NCBI GenBank assembly: GCA_951813285.1
Contig: OX638355.1
Span: 2,373,136-2,437,135 of the forward strand
DNA from: Terriglobia bacterium
Lineage (GTDB): Bacteria; Acidobacteriota; Terriglobia; Versatilivoradales; Versatilivoraceae
Direction: 5' to 3'
Length of the DNA stretch: 64,000 nt
The stretch's first letter is position 1, and every line of letters begins with the position of its first letter. Shown piece after piece: positions 38,433-49,056 of the stretch. Made by a program: the position numbers and the translations under genes. Below the pieces are notes generated by a model, which was given only the letters and a program-made list of their open reading frames with translations, did not search any database and was not told the origin of the DNA.

Positions 38433-39413
38433 GTGGGAAAAAAACCGAAAGAACCGAAGACCCTTATGAAAGGTCAAGCCGTTTTGCTGATCGGTTTCGG
38501 GGGACCGACCCGAAGCGAGGAGATCCGTCCCTTTCTGGACAACGTCCTGCGCGGGCGTCCCGTACCCCCGAAACGGATCGAGGAAGTGGCCCACCATTAC
38601 GAATTGATCGGAGGACGGTCTCCCTTCAACGAACTTACCTTCCGCCAGGCGGATGGGCTCAGGAGCCTGCTGGAACGGGAAGGCCCCCCGGTCCCGGTGT
38701 ACGTGGGAATGCGCAACTGGCATCCGCTGCTGGCCGACGTTCTGGAAAAGATGGCCGGAGACGGGGTGGAGCGGGCGGTGGGGGTCATCCTGGCGCCCCA
38801 CCAGGGCGAGGCCAGTTGGGGACGCTATCAGGCCTCGGTTCGGGAGGCCGGGATCGCCGTGCAGGAAAAGCTGGGACGGCCGGCGCCGGCGGTGGACTAT
38901 TGCGAGGCCTGGTTCGACCATCCCGACTTTGTCGGAGCGGTCACCGATCGGGTTCGGCGCCAATGGGAGCGGATTCCGAGCCGGGACCGGCCCCGGACCA
39001 GGCTGCTCTTTACGGCTCACAGCGTCCCCAGCCGCTTCGACAGCCCCTACGTGGACCAGCTTCGGGAGTCCTGCCGGGCGGTAGCTTCGGCCCTGGAGAT
39101 ATCGGAATGGGATCTGGTCTACCAGAGCCGCAGCGGCGGGCCGAGGGATCCCTGGCTGGAGCCGGATGTCTGTGACGTTATCGAGAGCCTGGGCAGAAAA
39201 CAGTGTCCCGGCGTGTTGCTGGCCCCCATCGGATTCGTGTGCGATCACGTGGAGGTTCTCTACGACCTGGACGTCGAGGCTCGGCAAGTGGCCGCCAAGT
39301 GGAAGATGGACTTTTTGCGGGCTCCAACGGTCAACGATCACCCCCGCTTCATCCGGATGCTGGCCGACGTGGTCAGACGGGCTCTCGAGGGTGGGGTGTC
39401 TCGGGGGTTGTAG
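38433..39413 (+). CDS. hemH: Ferrochelatase (start may be at 38466).
   Basis: 'VLLIGFGGPTRSEEIRPFLDNVLRGRPVPPKRIEEVAHHYELIGGRSP'. Confidence 0.85.
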   Translation: MGKKPKEPKTLMKGQAVLLIGFGGPTRSEEIRPFLDNVLRGRPVPPKRIEEVAHHYELIGGRSPFNELTFRQADGLRSLLEREGPPVPVYVGMRNWHPLLADVLEKMAGDGVERAVGVILAPHQGEASWGRYQASVREAGIAVQEKLGRPAPAVDYCEAWFDHPDFVGAVTDRVRRQWERIPSRDRPRTRLLFTAHSVPSRFDSPYVDQLRESCRAVASALEISEWDLVYQSRSGGPRDPWLEPDVCDVIESLGRKQCPGVLLAPIGFVCDHVEVLYDLDVEARQVAAKWKMDFLRAPTVNDHPRFIRMLADVVRRALEGGVSRGL

Positions 39414-39935
39414 TCCGCGATTTCTCTTACGGGACGCCGCGTCTGCCCCCCTCCGGATCGACTGCGGGCTGCGCCCTTGTCCGACTCCCCCTCAAGGGGG
39501 GAGTGATACTTGAGGCCTGCATATGACGCTCGCCGACTTCCCTCAAGGGGGGAGTGATTAGGATTGCGGGGTGAATAAAGCTTCAGACACCCCCAATAGG
39601 GGAATCCCACCACCACTCGCCAATCGACAATCAGAAATCAGCAATCAACAATTCTTTGTTTTGACCTTGGACCGATCAACCTTGCCTGATCGCCTGGCGG
39701 GGGAAACCTTGGCCGCTTCGGAGTGGTGTTCGGTGTGCTCGGCCAGGGTTGACGAGGCGGCAGGCGTCTTCTTTCCTTCCTTGGCAATCGCCGCGAATTC
39801 CTGCGACAATTTCTTCAGCCTGTCGATCTGGCTCTTGGTGAGTGTGCCGGCCATGGTGTGAGCGGGTGGAAATGCAATGCGCCGGTCGGCCTTCGCCTGG
39901 GCTTGGCAAGGGCCGGCACTTCGGTCTGAGGCGGG

Positions 39936-40775
39936 CTATGCCGGATCTTCGAGCTCAACCGCCTGAAACAGTCCTTCGGTCACCCAGCCGCGGAACCAGG
40001 AGAAGAGCTGCACCTCTCCAACCGGCTGGCGCCCCCCTTTCAAAACGCTGCTCAATGCGTCTCCAAGCGGAACGCCGCTGACCAGAGCATGCAGAAGCCT
40101 GTAGGCGGGACGGGACAGATCCAGCCAGCGGAGCGCGTATTGACGCCTGTAAACCACCGCCCAGTGGTTCTTGCGCCGGGTACCGGGGCAGGTCTTGCCC
40201 TGGCGCACCGCCTCCAGGTAGGCTCCCACCGGGTAGCGAAGCACCTCCACCGAAAGGGCCGCGATGGGTTTGAGACGGGCTGTCTCCCAGCTTTCCGGGG
40301 GTACCGCGGCGATGGCTTCGGGGGTGAGGACCGGTGATTCCTCAGCGTCGAACAGTCGACTCATCAACAGCTCAAAGCGAGCCAGCTCGTGGAGGAAGTC
40401 CTGCCGCACTATCCCGGGACTGCTCCGGATATAGTCGGGGAGACGATCTCCCAGGCGGTTCAAGGTATAGCTCCGGGAGGGATAGCGGTCGACATAGCCC
40501 CTGACCAGCTCGGAGAAGCGCTTCCGACCCAGAAAATGAAGCAGCCCGGGAAAGTCGGCCTCCAAGGCTTCCTGCAAGCGGGCCAGGTACATGCCGCGGT
40601 AGATGCCGATTCGGTCGAAGGAATCCAGCGTGCGGGATGGCCTTATCAGGCGTGGAAACTGGCTCGCCGGCACTAGCTTGCGGGCTTTCGGGGAAGCCAC
40701 CGCCTCGCGATCGGAGCCCGGATGCAGAATGACCGCCTGCATCCATTGCTGGGTGTTGCCCAGATCAGGTGCCAT
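39936..40775 (-). CDS. DUF2063 protein (MbnC/BufC-like RiPP partner protein).
   Basis: N-terminal 'QQWMQAVILHPG...' and a start that overlaps the stop of the DUF692 gene. Confidence 0.8.
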   Translation of the reverse strand: MAPDLGNTQQWMQAVILHPGSDREAVASPKARKLVPASQFPRLIRPSRTLDSFDRIGIYRGMYLARLQEALEADFPGLLHFLGRKRFSELVRGYVDRYPSRSYTLNRLGDRLPDYIRSSPGIVRQDFLHELARFELLMSRLFDAEESPVLTPEAIAAVPPESWETARLKPIAALSVEVLRYPVGAYLEAVRQGKTCPGTRRKNHWAVVYRRQYALRWLDLSRPAYRLLHALVSGVPLGDALSSVLKGGRQPVGEVQLFSWFRGWVTEGLFQAVELEDPA

Positions 40776-41625
40776 AGGCTCTCTTGAGGTCCGGCTCGGG
40801 AAGGCCGCGGTGCCGGCGGGCTTTCAAGGCTTCGGCGTGAACCACCTCAAAGCTGGGAATGTTCTCGTCCCACTCCAGCAGGGTTGCCACCCCGCCGGTT
40901 CTCCGGCAGGAGCGTCGATAGAGGGACCAGACTTCGTCGATGACGTAATCGCTGTGGGTGTCCAGAATGTGGGTTCCCTTGTGGGTGTGTCCGGCCAGGT
41001 GATACTGAACGACACGGTCGGCCGGGACGCGGTCGATGAAGGCGTCCGGGTCCAGGCCGTGGTTGAAGCAGCTGACGTAGACGTTGTTCACGTCCAGCAG
41101 TATCCCGCAGTCGGCCTCCTGGGCCAGGGTGGACAGAAAGTCGACTTCGCTCCAGGTCGAGGTCCCGAACTCCAGGTAGGTCGAGGGATTCTCCAGCACC
41201 AGGGGACGCTCCAGGATTTCGGAAACCGCCTTCACCCGTTCGATGGTGTAGCGCAGGGATTCGTCGGTGTAGGGCATCGGCAGCAGGTCGTGGACGTTGA
41301 TGCCGCTCACGCCGGTCCAGCAGAGGTGGTCGGAGACCCAGTGGGCCCTGGTACGGTCGGCCAAAGCCTTCAGTTTCTTCAGATAGTCCAGGTTCAAGGG
41401 GTCGGTGCTTCCCACCGACATGGAAACGCCGTGGAGCACGACCGGGTAGCGTTCCGCCACCTGGTCCAGCACGTAGAGCGGCCGTCCTCCCGTATCCATG
41501 TAGTTCTCCGACAGGACTTCGAACCAGTCGATGGGGGGATGGTTGGCGAGAATATAGCTGTAGTGGACGGTGCGGAGACCGATTCCAAACCCCAGGTCGG
41601 GCAAATTCCATCGGTTCCTGCCCAT
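40765..41625 (-). CDS. DUF692 (UPF0276, MbnB/BufB-like) TIM-barrel di-iron enzyme.
   Basis: 'LGFGIGLRTVHYSYIL...DWFEVLSENYM...PVVLHGVSMSVGS...AHWVSDHLCWTG'. AGGAGG RBS before ATG at 41625. Confidence 0.85.
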   Translation of the reverse strand: MGRNRWNLPDLGFGIGLRTVHYSYILANHPPIDWFEVLSENYMDTGGRPLYVLDQVAERYPVVLHGVSMSVGSTDPLNLDYLKKLKALADRTRAHWVSDHLCWTGVSGINVHDLLPMPYTDESLRYTIERVKAVSEILERPLVLENPSTYLEFGTSTWSEVDFLSTLAQEADCGILLDVNNVYVSCFNHGLDPDAFIDRVPADRVVQYHLAGHTHKGTHILDTHSDYVIDEVWSLYRRSCRRTGGVATLLEWDENIPSFEVVHAEALKARRHRGLPEPDLKRAYGT

Positions 41626-41744
41626 AAGGGACCTCCTGTTCCGACGCACGGACTCGCCCGGCATCCCGCTTCCCGGCCGCGGAGTCGTGGGCAGCACCCG
41701 GCGGTCGGAAAAGTCGGGAGACCGGTTGGTCCTGGAGAGTCAGA

Positions 41745-42119
41745 CTATTTCTTCTTTTCGGTCCCGTGAACGGGAACGGCGCAGCCGCCCTTGCCCTTGC
41801 AGGAATTCTTGCCGGCGCAGCCGTTGTCGCCACTGCCGCAGCCGCCCTGGCCCTTGCACTCGTTCTGACCCTTGCAGGCGTGCTTGGCCACGGTGGCGCA
41901 GCCACCCTTGCCCTTGCAGGAATTCTTGCCGGCGCAGCCATTGTCGCCGCTGGCGCAGCCACCCTGGCCCTTGCACTGGTTACGGCCCTTGCAGACGTGC
42001 TTGGACTTCTTGTCTTCATCGGCCAACAACAGCGAATCCGTTTGGCTGACCGTTTTGGAACCCGCCACCATGCCGGCCACCGCGGCTCCCATGACCTGAG
42101 TGAATTTTCTTCGATCCAT
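41745..42119 (-). CDS. Secreted 12-Cys RiPP precursor peptide (bufferin BUF_6/12Cys-like), made of two near-identical 6-Cys modules 'CKGxNxCKGQGGCxSGDNGCAGKNSCKGKGGCA'.
   Basis: Tat/Sec-type signal 'MDRRKFTQVMGAAVAGMVAGS'. AAGGAGG RBS 8 nt upstream. 12 Cys in 75 aa. A ~108-bp tandem DNA duplication is present. Confidence 0.75.
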   Translation of the reverse strand: MDRRKFTQVMGAAVAGMVAGSKTVSQTDSLLLADEDKKSKHVCKGRNQCKGQGGCASGDNGCAGKNSCKGKGGCATVAKHACKGQNECKGQGGCGSGDNGCAGKNSCKGKGGCAVPVHGTEKKK

Positions 42120-42446
42120 TGAGGAATCCTCCTTGAGGATGGGTGCGAACGTCATCTCCATAGCGATCCGACGAGCCATGCCCGCCGGTCAACTGGTACT
42201 TTCGAGAGAGCCAGAATATAGCCCAACCTCCCGGAAAAATCAAAGCTCGCTCTTCGCCGATAGAGCGGGGATGCCCAACTGCCGTGCCTGTCTTGCTGGA
42301 CCGGCGGCATGGACAACTGCAGGCGTTCGCCAGTTGGTTCGAGGCCTCTGCGTTTGATCCCCGGGTGCCCGGTTACTGTGGTATAGTCCCCGGCGTTTGA
42401 GGCAAGGTTTCCTGTGTCGGGGTCACCACCCGGGAGGTCAGAGGTC

Positions 42447-43496
42447 ATGTTCGAGACCATCGCATGGAGCGACGAAGGCGTGGTCATGATCGACCAGCGG
42501 AAGTTGCCGGCGGTCGAAGAGTACCCGGTGTTCAAGACCTACCAGGAAGTGGCGCAGGCAATCAGGGACATGGTCATTCGAGGCGCGCCGGCGATTGGAG
42601 TCGCCGCTGCCATGGGAGTGGCGCTGGGGGCCGAGTCCGTCAAGTCCCATGAGCCGGAGCGGTTTGACCAGGAGTTTCAAGCCATATGCGGGACTCTGGC
42701 GGCGACCCGGCCCACGGCAGTGAATTTGTTCTGGGCCATCGAACGGATGAAGGGGGTCTACCGGCGGAAAAGGTCCCAGGGGCCGCTGGCCGTGGCTGCC
42801 GCCCTCAAGGCGGAGGCCCTGAGCATCCACGACGAGGATATTCGACTCAACCGGCGCATGGGGAGCCACGGGGCCGGTCTTATCCAGGACGGATCCCGGA
42901 TTCTGACCCATTGCAATGCCGGCGCCCTGGCGACCGCCGGCTACGGCACGGCTCTGGGAGTCATTCGGGCCGCGGTGGAGCAGGGCAAGAGAGTGGAGGT
43001 GCTGGCGGATGAGACGCGGCCTTTCCTGCAGGGAGCCCGCTTAACCGTTTGGGAGTTGCAGAAGGACAATATCCCGGTCACCCTGATCACCGACAACATG
43101 GCGGGGTATTACATGAAAGAGGGCCAGGTGGACTGCGTCGTCGTTGGAGCCGACAGGATCGCAGCCAACGGAGACGTCGCCAACAAGATCGGCACCTATT
43201 CGGTCGCCGTGCTGGCCCGGGAGCACGAGATCCCCTTCTACGTGGCGGCGCCCCTCTCGACGGTCGACCTGGACGTTTCCACGGGCGACGAGATCCCCAT
43301 CGAGCAGCGCTCCCCGCGAGAAGTGACCCACCTGGGCGAAAGGGCCATTGCTCCTCAGGGAGCCCCCGCCGGAAACCCCGCCTTTGACGTGACCCCTCAC
43401 CGCTACGTGGCGGCCATCATCACCGACGCCGGAGTTGCCCGGCCTCCCTTTCTGGAGAATCTGAGAGCTCTGAAAGACCGGGGAGGTCTTACCTGA
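42447..43496 (+). CDS. mtnA: S-methyl-5-thioribose-1-phosphate isomerase (eIF-2B alpha/beta/delta family).
   Basis: '[21 protein letters not shown]...[14 protein letters not shown]...TDNMAGY...[13 protein letters not shown]'. Confidence 0.85.
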   Translation: MFETIAWSDEGVVMIDQRKLPAVEEYPVFKTYQEVAQAIRDMVIRGAPAIGVAAAMGVALGAESVKSHEPERFDQEFQAICGTLAATRPTAVNLFWAIERMKGVYRRKRSQGPLAVAAALKAEALSIHDEDIRLNRRMGSHGAGLIQDGSRILTHCNAGALATAGYGTALGVIRAAVEQGKRVEVLADETRPFLQGARLTVWELQKDNIPVTLITDNMAGYYMKEGQVDCVVVGADRIAANGDVANKIGTYSVAVLAREHEIPFYVAAPLSTVDLDVSTGDEIPIEQRSPREVTHLGERAIAPQGAPAGNPAFDVTPHRYVAAIITDAGVARPPFLENLRALKDRGGLT

Positions 43497-44205
43497 AACA
43501 AACGAAAAAAGACAAAAGAAAAAAGAGCTATCCACGAAGGGCCACTAAGAACGACGAAGGGCCACTAAGGCGTTGAGGTTAACCGCGACGGGATGCCAAG
43601 GTCGCGAAGGGATTTTCGATTTCTGATTGTTTCACTCTCGTATGATCCGCCCGGTACGGCGGGGGCTGGGCTCGCGGACAAACCGGAGTTTTCCAGAAGG
43701 CGACCGTCGGCTTTCAGAGAATTCGCCCGCCGGATGCCCTCCATCGCACCATCGGGACGACCCACCCGGGAGCGCGGGCGTCTCGCCCGCACAGGACTTG
43801 GCACCATTGTAACGATCCCCACAATGGCCGGTTTGGTGCACTGTGCGAGGAAGTGGCCCTGCATCGCAGGCTGTTTGCACCAATAAGGTTGCGGGCGGGA
43901 CGCCCGCGCTCCCGGGGGGGCATTCTCCCATGACGCCGTGATACCCACGTCACAATATTGCAGAAGCACCCGGGCGCCGCTCGTCATTGAAGGAGCTCCA
44001 TCCCTAATCGTCCCCATTCGTGTTCATTGGTGGTTCGTCTTCATTGCCAAAACGAAAACGGCTGGCTGTTTATCCTGTCTATCCTGTACATCCATGTTCA
44101 ATAAGTAGAAAACCGGTTTTGCACGACAGGGCCCTTGTTCCCGACAGGGCATGAAGATGCGTTGTTTCACTCTCGTATGATCCGCCCGGCAGGGTGGGGG
44201 TTGGA
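43497..44205 (+). repeat. Full copy of a composite non-coding element. Order: leader L (43497-43625), 37-bp repeat A (43625-43660), R body with a long hairpin, inverted P repeat (44040-44150), second A (44165-44205).
   Basis: About 95% identical to 50292-50740 and to the reverse complement of 63480-63840. 'gtttcactctcgtatgatccgcccgg.a.gg.ggggg' occurs at both ends. Confidence 0.7.
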
Positions 44206-44228
44206 CTCGCTATTTCCCCGGGGAATGC

Positions 44229-44642
44229 TCAGTCCAGGCCCTCGAAGTCCTTGATCTGTTGCCGCATCGTCTCGGGAATGGGGACCGTCCGTCCGCTCTT
44301 CCTGTCGAAACAGGCTTGCACCGACAGGCCGTCGGCGATCAGACGCCCGCTCCGACTCTCGATCAGGCGGTATTCGAAGGTGAAGCTGGAATTCCCCAGG
44401 GCCGAGACGCGTGCGGCGATGTCGATGGTCTCTCCCAGAAGCGCCGGGGAGCGGTAGTTGCATTCCGTCCGCACCATCACGAAACCCCAGTCATCGGGGG
44501 GAGGAAGGCCGAACAGACGCTTCCAGTATCGGGTTCGAACGATCTCGAAATAGGTGAGGTAGACGGCGTTGTTGACGTGGCCCAGCGCGTCCAGATCTCG
44601 AAAACGGATCTCCAGGGCGGTGGTGAAGCGAAAGGATGGCAT
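44229..44642 (-). CDS. Acyl-CoA thioesterase (4HBT/YbgC family).
   Basis: 'LDALGHVNNAVYLTYFEIVRTRYW' hot-dog fold motif. Confidence 0.75.
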   Translation of the reverse strand: MPSFRFTTALEIRFRDLDALGHVNNAVYLTYFEIVRTRYWKRLFGLPPPDDWGFVMVRTECNYRSPALLGETIDIAARVSALGNSSFTFEYRLIESRSGRLIADGLSVQACFDRKSGRTVPIPETMRQQIKDFEGLD

Positions 44643-44736
44643 CAGCTGGCAGTCGTCGGTTCTTCCGAGAGGTCGTGAAAGCCCGGGAAGAGGTCAACTC
44701 GGTATTTCGTCGAGCGAACTCCCTTAGTCCTCGGCT

Positions 44737-45825
44737 TCACTCAAAGGGATACTGAGTCACCTCGGCATCGGTCCGCGCGCCGCCGTTCTCCACTCCGACG
44801 GTGGTGCCGGGATCCCAGGCCTCCTTGCGGACATAAGCCAGGGCGATGGCTCGCCCTAGCCTGGGAGAGTAGGCGCTACCCGTAACCCAGCCCACCTCCT
44901 TCCCGGCACGGAATATCTTGTCTCCCCCGTGGGCGGGCTTACCGGATGACAGGAGGAGGCCCATGAGCTTGCGATTGACCTGCCCGCGGAAGGTGGACCG
45001 GGCGACGACTTCCTGGCCGATATAACACCCCTTGCTATAGCTGATGGCCTCTTCCATGCCGGCCTCCAGGGGTATGCGGGCTTCGTCCATGTCGGTCCCG
45101 TACCAGGCGATTCCCGCCTCGAGCCGGTGGATGTTCCAGGCTTCAAGGCCCACCGGCTGAAGGCCGGCCGGCTCTCCCGACTGTAGCAGGAGGTTCCAGA
45201 GATCGACTGATTGGGCTTCGGGCACAATGAGATCGTAGCCTCCCGAGCCGGTTCGCCGCATGCGGATACAGCGGGCCGGCAGGTTCCCGAATTGAACGAG
45301 ACGGTGTTCGAAGGGAGCCTCGGGCAGGGACTGTCCAGGACACAGCCTGGACAGGGCCTCGGAGGCCTTGGGTCCTTGCAGCGAAAGAACAGTCAGGTCG
45401 GCCGACCGGTCGATGATCTCGACCTGATCCGCAATAATGTACTTCCTCAATAGAGCCAGGTCCTTCTCCATGAGGTCGGCTTCGACCATCAGCATCAGGG
45501 CCTCCTCCAGGCAGAGGACCCGCATGTCGGTGAGGATCCGCCCCTGGGGAGTGAGCATGAGCGCATAGCAGCCCTGTCCGGGTGAGAGATTCCGGATGTC
45601 GTTGGTGACCATTCCGTGGAGAAAACGCGATCGATCCCTGCCCCTCAGCTCGGCCACGCTTTGAAGCGACAGGTCGAGAAGACCAGCCTCGCGTCCCAAG
45701 GCGGCGTACTCCTCTTCCAGAGAACTGAAGCGGCTCGGGACCTCCCGGTCCCGAAATTCCACGAAATCCGCTCCCGCGTCCCGCTGAGTCTCAAAAAGGG
45801 GAGATCGCTTGGGCATGATCCTCAA
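44737..45825 (-). CDS. Aminomethyltransferase (GcvT) family folate-binding protein (YgfZ-like).
   Basis: '[36 protein letters not shown]'. Confidence 0.75.
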   Translation of the reverse strand: MRIMPKRSPLFETQRDAGADFVEFRDREVPSRFSSLEEEYAALGREAGLLDLSLQSVAELRGRDRSRFLHGMVTNDIRNLSPGQGCYALMLTPQGRILTDMRVLCLEEALMLMVEADLMEKDLALLRKYIIADQVEIIDRSADLTVLSLQGPKASEALSRLCPGQSLPEAPFEHRLVQFGNLPARCIRMRRTGSGGYDLIVPEAQSVDLWNLLLQSGEPAGLQPVGLEAWNIHRLEAGIAWYGTDMDEARIPLEAGMEEAISYSKGCYIGQEVVARSTFRGQVNRKLMGLLLSSGKPAHGGDKIFRAGKEVGWVTGSAYSPRLGRAIALAYVRKEAWDPGTTVGVENGGARTDAEVTQYPFE

Positions 45826-47270
45826 CCGTCCAACCTGGTTCTCAACAGTTCATTGACCAACCGCGGATTGGCCTGCCCTCTGGTGGCCTTCATGACCTGG
45901 CCCACAAAGAAGCCGAAGGTGGCCTTCTTCCCGCCCTTGTACTGTTCATGGATTCTGGGATTGGCCGCAAGGACTTCTTCAATCACGGCTGTGATCGCAT
46001 CGGGATCGGTGATCTGCTTCAGGCCCTTTTCACGGATCACCTTCCCGGCGGTCTTCTTCTCCCGAAACATGACCTCGAAGATATCCTTGGCCATCTTGCC
46101 CGAGATCTCTTTGCTGTCGATGCAACCTATCAATTCAGCCAATTGGAGCGGGCCGACCGGAGAAGACTCGATGTCGAGATTGAACTCCTTGAGGTCCCGC
46201 AACAGATCTCCCATGATCCAGTTGGAAGCAGCCTTGGGATTGCGGGATCGGTCGGTGGTTTCTTCGAAGAAATCGGCCAGGGCGCGCGTGGTGGTGAGCA
46301 CGCCGGCGTCGTAGTCCGGAATCGCGTACTGGTCCACGAACCGCTGCTTTTTCTCTTCGGGCAACTCCGGCATGTCGGCACGAATTCGACCCTGCCAATC
46401 GGTGTCCACCACCAGAGGAGGCAGGTCGGGTTCGGGGAAATAGCGGTAGTCGTGAGCCTCCTCCTTGCTGCGCATGGGGAAGGTGCGTTGCTCGGTTGTG
46501 CTCCAGAGGCGGGTTTCCTGGGTGACGGTTCCTCCTTGCTGCAAGAGGCGGGTCTGGCGGCCGATCTCATATTCCAGCGCCTTCTGAAGGAATCGGAAGC
46601 TGTTCAGGTTTTTCAGCTCGGTCTTGGTTCCGAGGGTGCCTGAACCGGCCGGGCGAATCGACACGTTGGCGTCGCAGCGGAGACTACCCTCTTCCATGTT
46701 GCCGTCGCAGACTTGCAGGTATTCGAGAATAACCTTCAGGCGGGTGAGGTAGTCGTGGGCCTGGGCCGGCGAATAGATCTCAGGCTCGCTGACGATTTCC
46801 ATCAGTGGGGTGCCGCTCCGGTTCAAGTCGATATAACTGTAGCGATCGGAATCGGCAAATCCGTCGTGGATGGATTTGCCGGCATCTTCTTCCAGATGGA
46901 CCCTCTTGATCGCCACCCGATGGCGATGGCCGTTCTCGTCGAGATCGAGGTGTCCGAACTCTGCCAGGGGTTTGTCGAATTGGGAGATCTGGTAGCCCTT
47001 GGGAAGATCGGGATAGAAATAATTCTTGCGTGCAAAAATCGAAAGGGAATTGATGCGGCAGTTGAGCGCCATTGCCGCTATGGCGGCCATGACAACGGCC
47101 TCGCGATTGAGCACCGGAAGAGCTCCGGGCAGACCCAGACAGACCGGACAGGTATTGGTATTGGGAGGGGCTCCGAATTGGGTCGGGCAGGAGCAGAAGA
47201 TCTTGGTTCGAGTCCGCAGTTGGGCGTGAACCTCGAGGCCAATGACGGCTTCATAGGTCATAGGGGTCAT
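45822..47270 (-). CDS. gatB: Asp/Glu-tRNA(Asn/Gln) amidotransferase subunit B.
   Basis: '[49 protein letters not shown]'. Confidence 0.95.
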   Translation of the reverse strand: MTPMTYEAVIGLEVHAQLRTRTKIFCSCPTQFGAPPNTNTCPVCLGLPGALPVLNREAVVMAAIAAMALNCRINSLSIFARKNYFYPDLPKGYQISQFDKPLAEFGHLDLDENGHRHRVAIKRVHLEEDAGKSIHDGFADSDRYSYIDLNRSGTPLMEIVSEPEIYSPAQAHDYLTRLKVILEYLQVCDGNMEEGSLRCDANVSIRPAGSGTLGTKTELKNLNSFRFLQKALEYEIGRQTRLLQQGGTVTQETRLWSTTEQRTFPMRSKEEAHDYRYFPEPDLPPLVVDTDWQGRIRADMPELPEEKKQRFVDQYAIPDYDAGVLTTTRALADFFEETTDRSRNPKAASNWIMGDLLRDLKEFNLDIESSPVGPLQLAELIGCIDSKEISGKMAKDIFEVMFREKKTAGKVIREKGLKQITDPDAITAVIEEVLAANPRIHEQYKGGKKATFGFFVGQVMKATRGQANPRLVNELLRTRLDG

Positions 47271-47355
47271 GGGATCTTGTGGATGCGGCTAATGACGAGT
47301 TTCTATGGGTTGAGTACTGCTCGGGTATGAGGAGCGCGACCGGGAGCCGGATGAT

Positions 47356-48939
47356 TTATTTTCCCTGCTTCTTGACCAGCAAGTCAGGATCGACCGGGTC
47401 ACGGCTGATAAGTGCCTTGGCCTGAGGAAGCACCTCGAGGGCCTTGGCGAATTGGGGGTCGTTCTCCAGGAAAACCTTGTGAGCTTCAGCTTGACCCACC
47501 CGAGAGAGGAAGTATTCGTAGCGCATCTGGAACTTGATGAAGTCCAGGTTGTCCGTAAAGTCGCTTTCCTTGAAGACGAGCTTCTGGCTGGTCAGATAAG
47601 TCCGGAACTCTTCCAGAATTTCAGGCGTCGTCTGGAATTTCCGGTCCACCGTGGGATGGTTGGCATTATAGGTGCGGATGAAGCTGAAAATCATTCCCTT
47701 GCTGGTGAGCAGCAACTGGAATTCATTGATCTTATTGGGTTTGACCTGGAAATCCGGAGTGATGCCGCCCCCCCCGTAAACCTCACGGCCGCTGTCGGTT
47801 TTGTAGACCTGCCTTTTCTCGGGATCCTTGTTTCTGGCGTAGTAATAGTCGATATAGGACTGGTTGGCGTAATCTCTCTGGATGAGCCGGCCACTGGGAG
47901 TGTGCCACTTGGCGGTGGTGAGGGAGACTCCTGCGCCGTTGTCGAGGGGATAGACTGTCTGAACCAATCCCTTGCCGAAACTGACCTCGCCGACCAACAT
48001 GCCGCGATCATGGTCCTGGATGGCCCCGGCCACGATTTCGGAAGCGCTGGCGCTGCCGGTATTGATGAGCACCACCAGGGGGAACCGAACGCCCCCCGAT
48101 CCTCTGGGAGCTTCGTAGGACTGCTTGGCGCTCGCCGTGCGTCCATCGGTAATCAAGACCTTCTGGCCCTTCTCCAGGAATTTGTCCGCCACCTGAATGG
48201 CCGCCTGCAGGTACCCTCCGGGATTGAACCTCAGGTCAAAAATCAGACCCTTCAGATCCGTTCCCAGTTCTTCCAGGCTTTCTTGAACTTCCCTGTTGGT
48301 GGTCTCGTTGAAAGTGCTGAGCTTGATGTAACCGATGCCGGGGCGGAAAAAGAAGGCGAAGGGGACACTGTGATGGGGGATTTCATCGCGGATGACCGCC
48401 ATATCCAGCAATTTCGGTATTCCGGCTCGGTCTATGGAGATGTTGACCACCGTTCCCTTGGGGCCCCGCAGCTTTTCCACGACTTCCTGAATGTCCAGTC
48501 CCTCGGTCGGACTCCCTTCAATCCTGGCAATGACGTCCCCGGAGCGTATGCCCAGGCGATATGCGGGGGTCCCGGGAATCGGCGTTATGACGGTGGGCTT
48601 GGCATTCTTCATGGAGATGATGATGCCCAGCCCATAGAAATTTCCTCGCTGGTCTTCCCGGAATTGGGCGAACTGCTTGGCGTCAAAGAAGTTGGAATGC
48701 GGGTCCAGCGTCTTCAGCATGCTTCGCAGGGAGGCGTGGACGCTCTTTTCAACGTTGATTTCGTCGGCGTAGTACTTCTCGGCCAGATCGAGTACCTGGG
48801 AGTAGACGTTGACCAGGTGTTCACGGACGTTGGACTGGGCGGTCGCTTGTACCGGCCTCCCCCAGAATCCTCCAACCAGGGAGGCGATAACGATCACGGT
48901 AACGACCGTGGTCCAGGAACGAAGTCTTTGCATACCCAC
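47356..48939 (-). CDS. ctpA: Carboxyl-terminal processing protease (S41 family) with signal peptide and PDZ domain.
   Basis: 'LVVLINTGSASASEIVAGAIQDHDRGMLVGEVSFGKGLVQTV' S41 catalytic region. 'GDVIARIEG' PDZ. Confidence 0.9.
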   Translation of the reverse strand: MGMQRLRSWTTVVTVIVIASLVGGFWGRPVQATAQSNVREHLVNVYSQVLDLAEKYYADEINVEKSVHASLRSMLKTLDPHSNFFDAKQFAQFREDQRGNFYGLGIIISMKNAKPTVITPIPGTPAYRLGIRSGDVIARIEGSPTEGLDIQEVVEKLRGPKGTVVNISIDRAGIPKLLDMAVIRDEIPHHSVPFAFFFRPGIGYIKLSTFNETTNREVQESLEELGTDLKGLIFDLRFNPGGYLQAAIQVADKFLEKGQKVLITDGRTASAKQSYEAPRGSGGVRFPLVVLINTGSASASEIVAGAIQDHDRGMLVGEVSFGKGLVQTVYPLDNGAGVSLTTAKWHTPSGRLIQRDYANQSYIDYYYARNKDPEKRQVYKTDSGREVYGGGGITPDFQVKPNKINEFQLLLTSKGMIFSFIRTYNANHPTVDRKFQTTPEILEEFRTYLTSQKLVFKESDFTDNLDFIKFQMRYEYFLSRVGQAEAHKVFLENDPQFAKALEVLPQAKALISRDPVDPDLLVKKQGK

Positions 48940-49056
48940 CTCTTAACCTGGCCCCAATATAGCATCGGCCTCCAATCGAAGTAAAGCCTCAAACAGGAAG
49001 CCCGCCTTGACTTGTACCCCCGCTCCAATTATGATTCGGTACGTTTGGAGGAACGA

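Noticed and set aside
39645-39854. 69-aa Lys-rich ORF downstream of the DUF2063 gene
   Set aside because: No RBS or motif. Possibly real (a small basic protein), but evidence is insufficient.
43593-43886. 97-aa ORF conserved at 50390-50698 and 63530-63877
   Set aside because: The conservation reflects near-identical DNA copies of the R repeat, not selection on a protein. Stop codons differ between copies.
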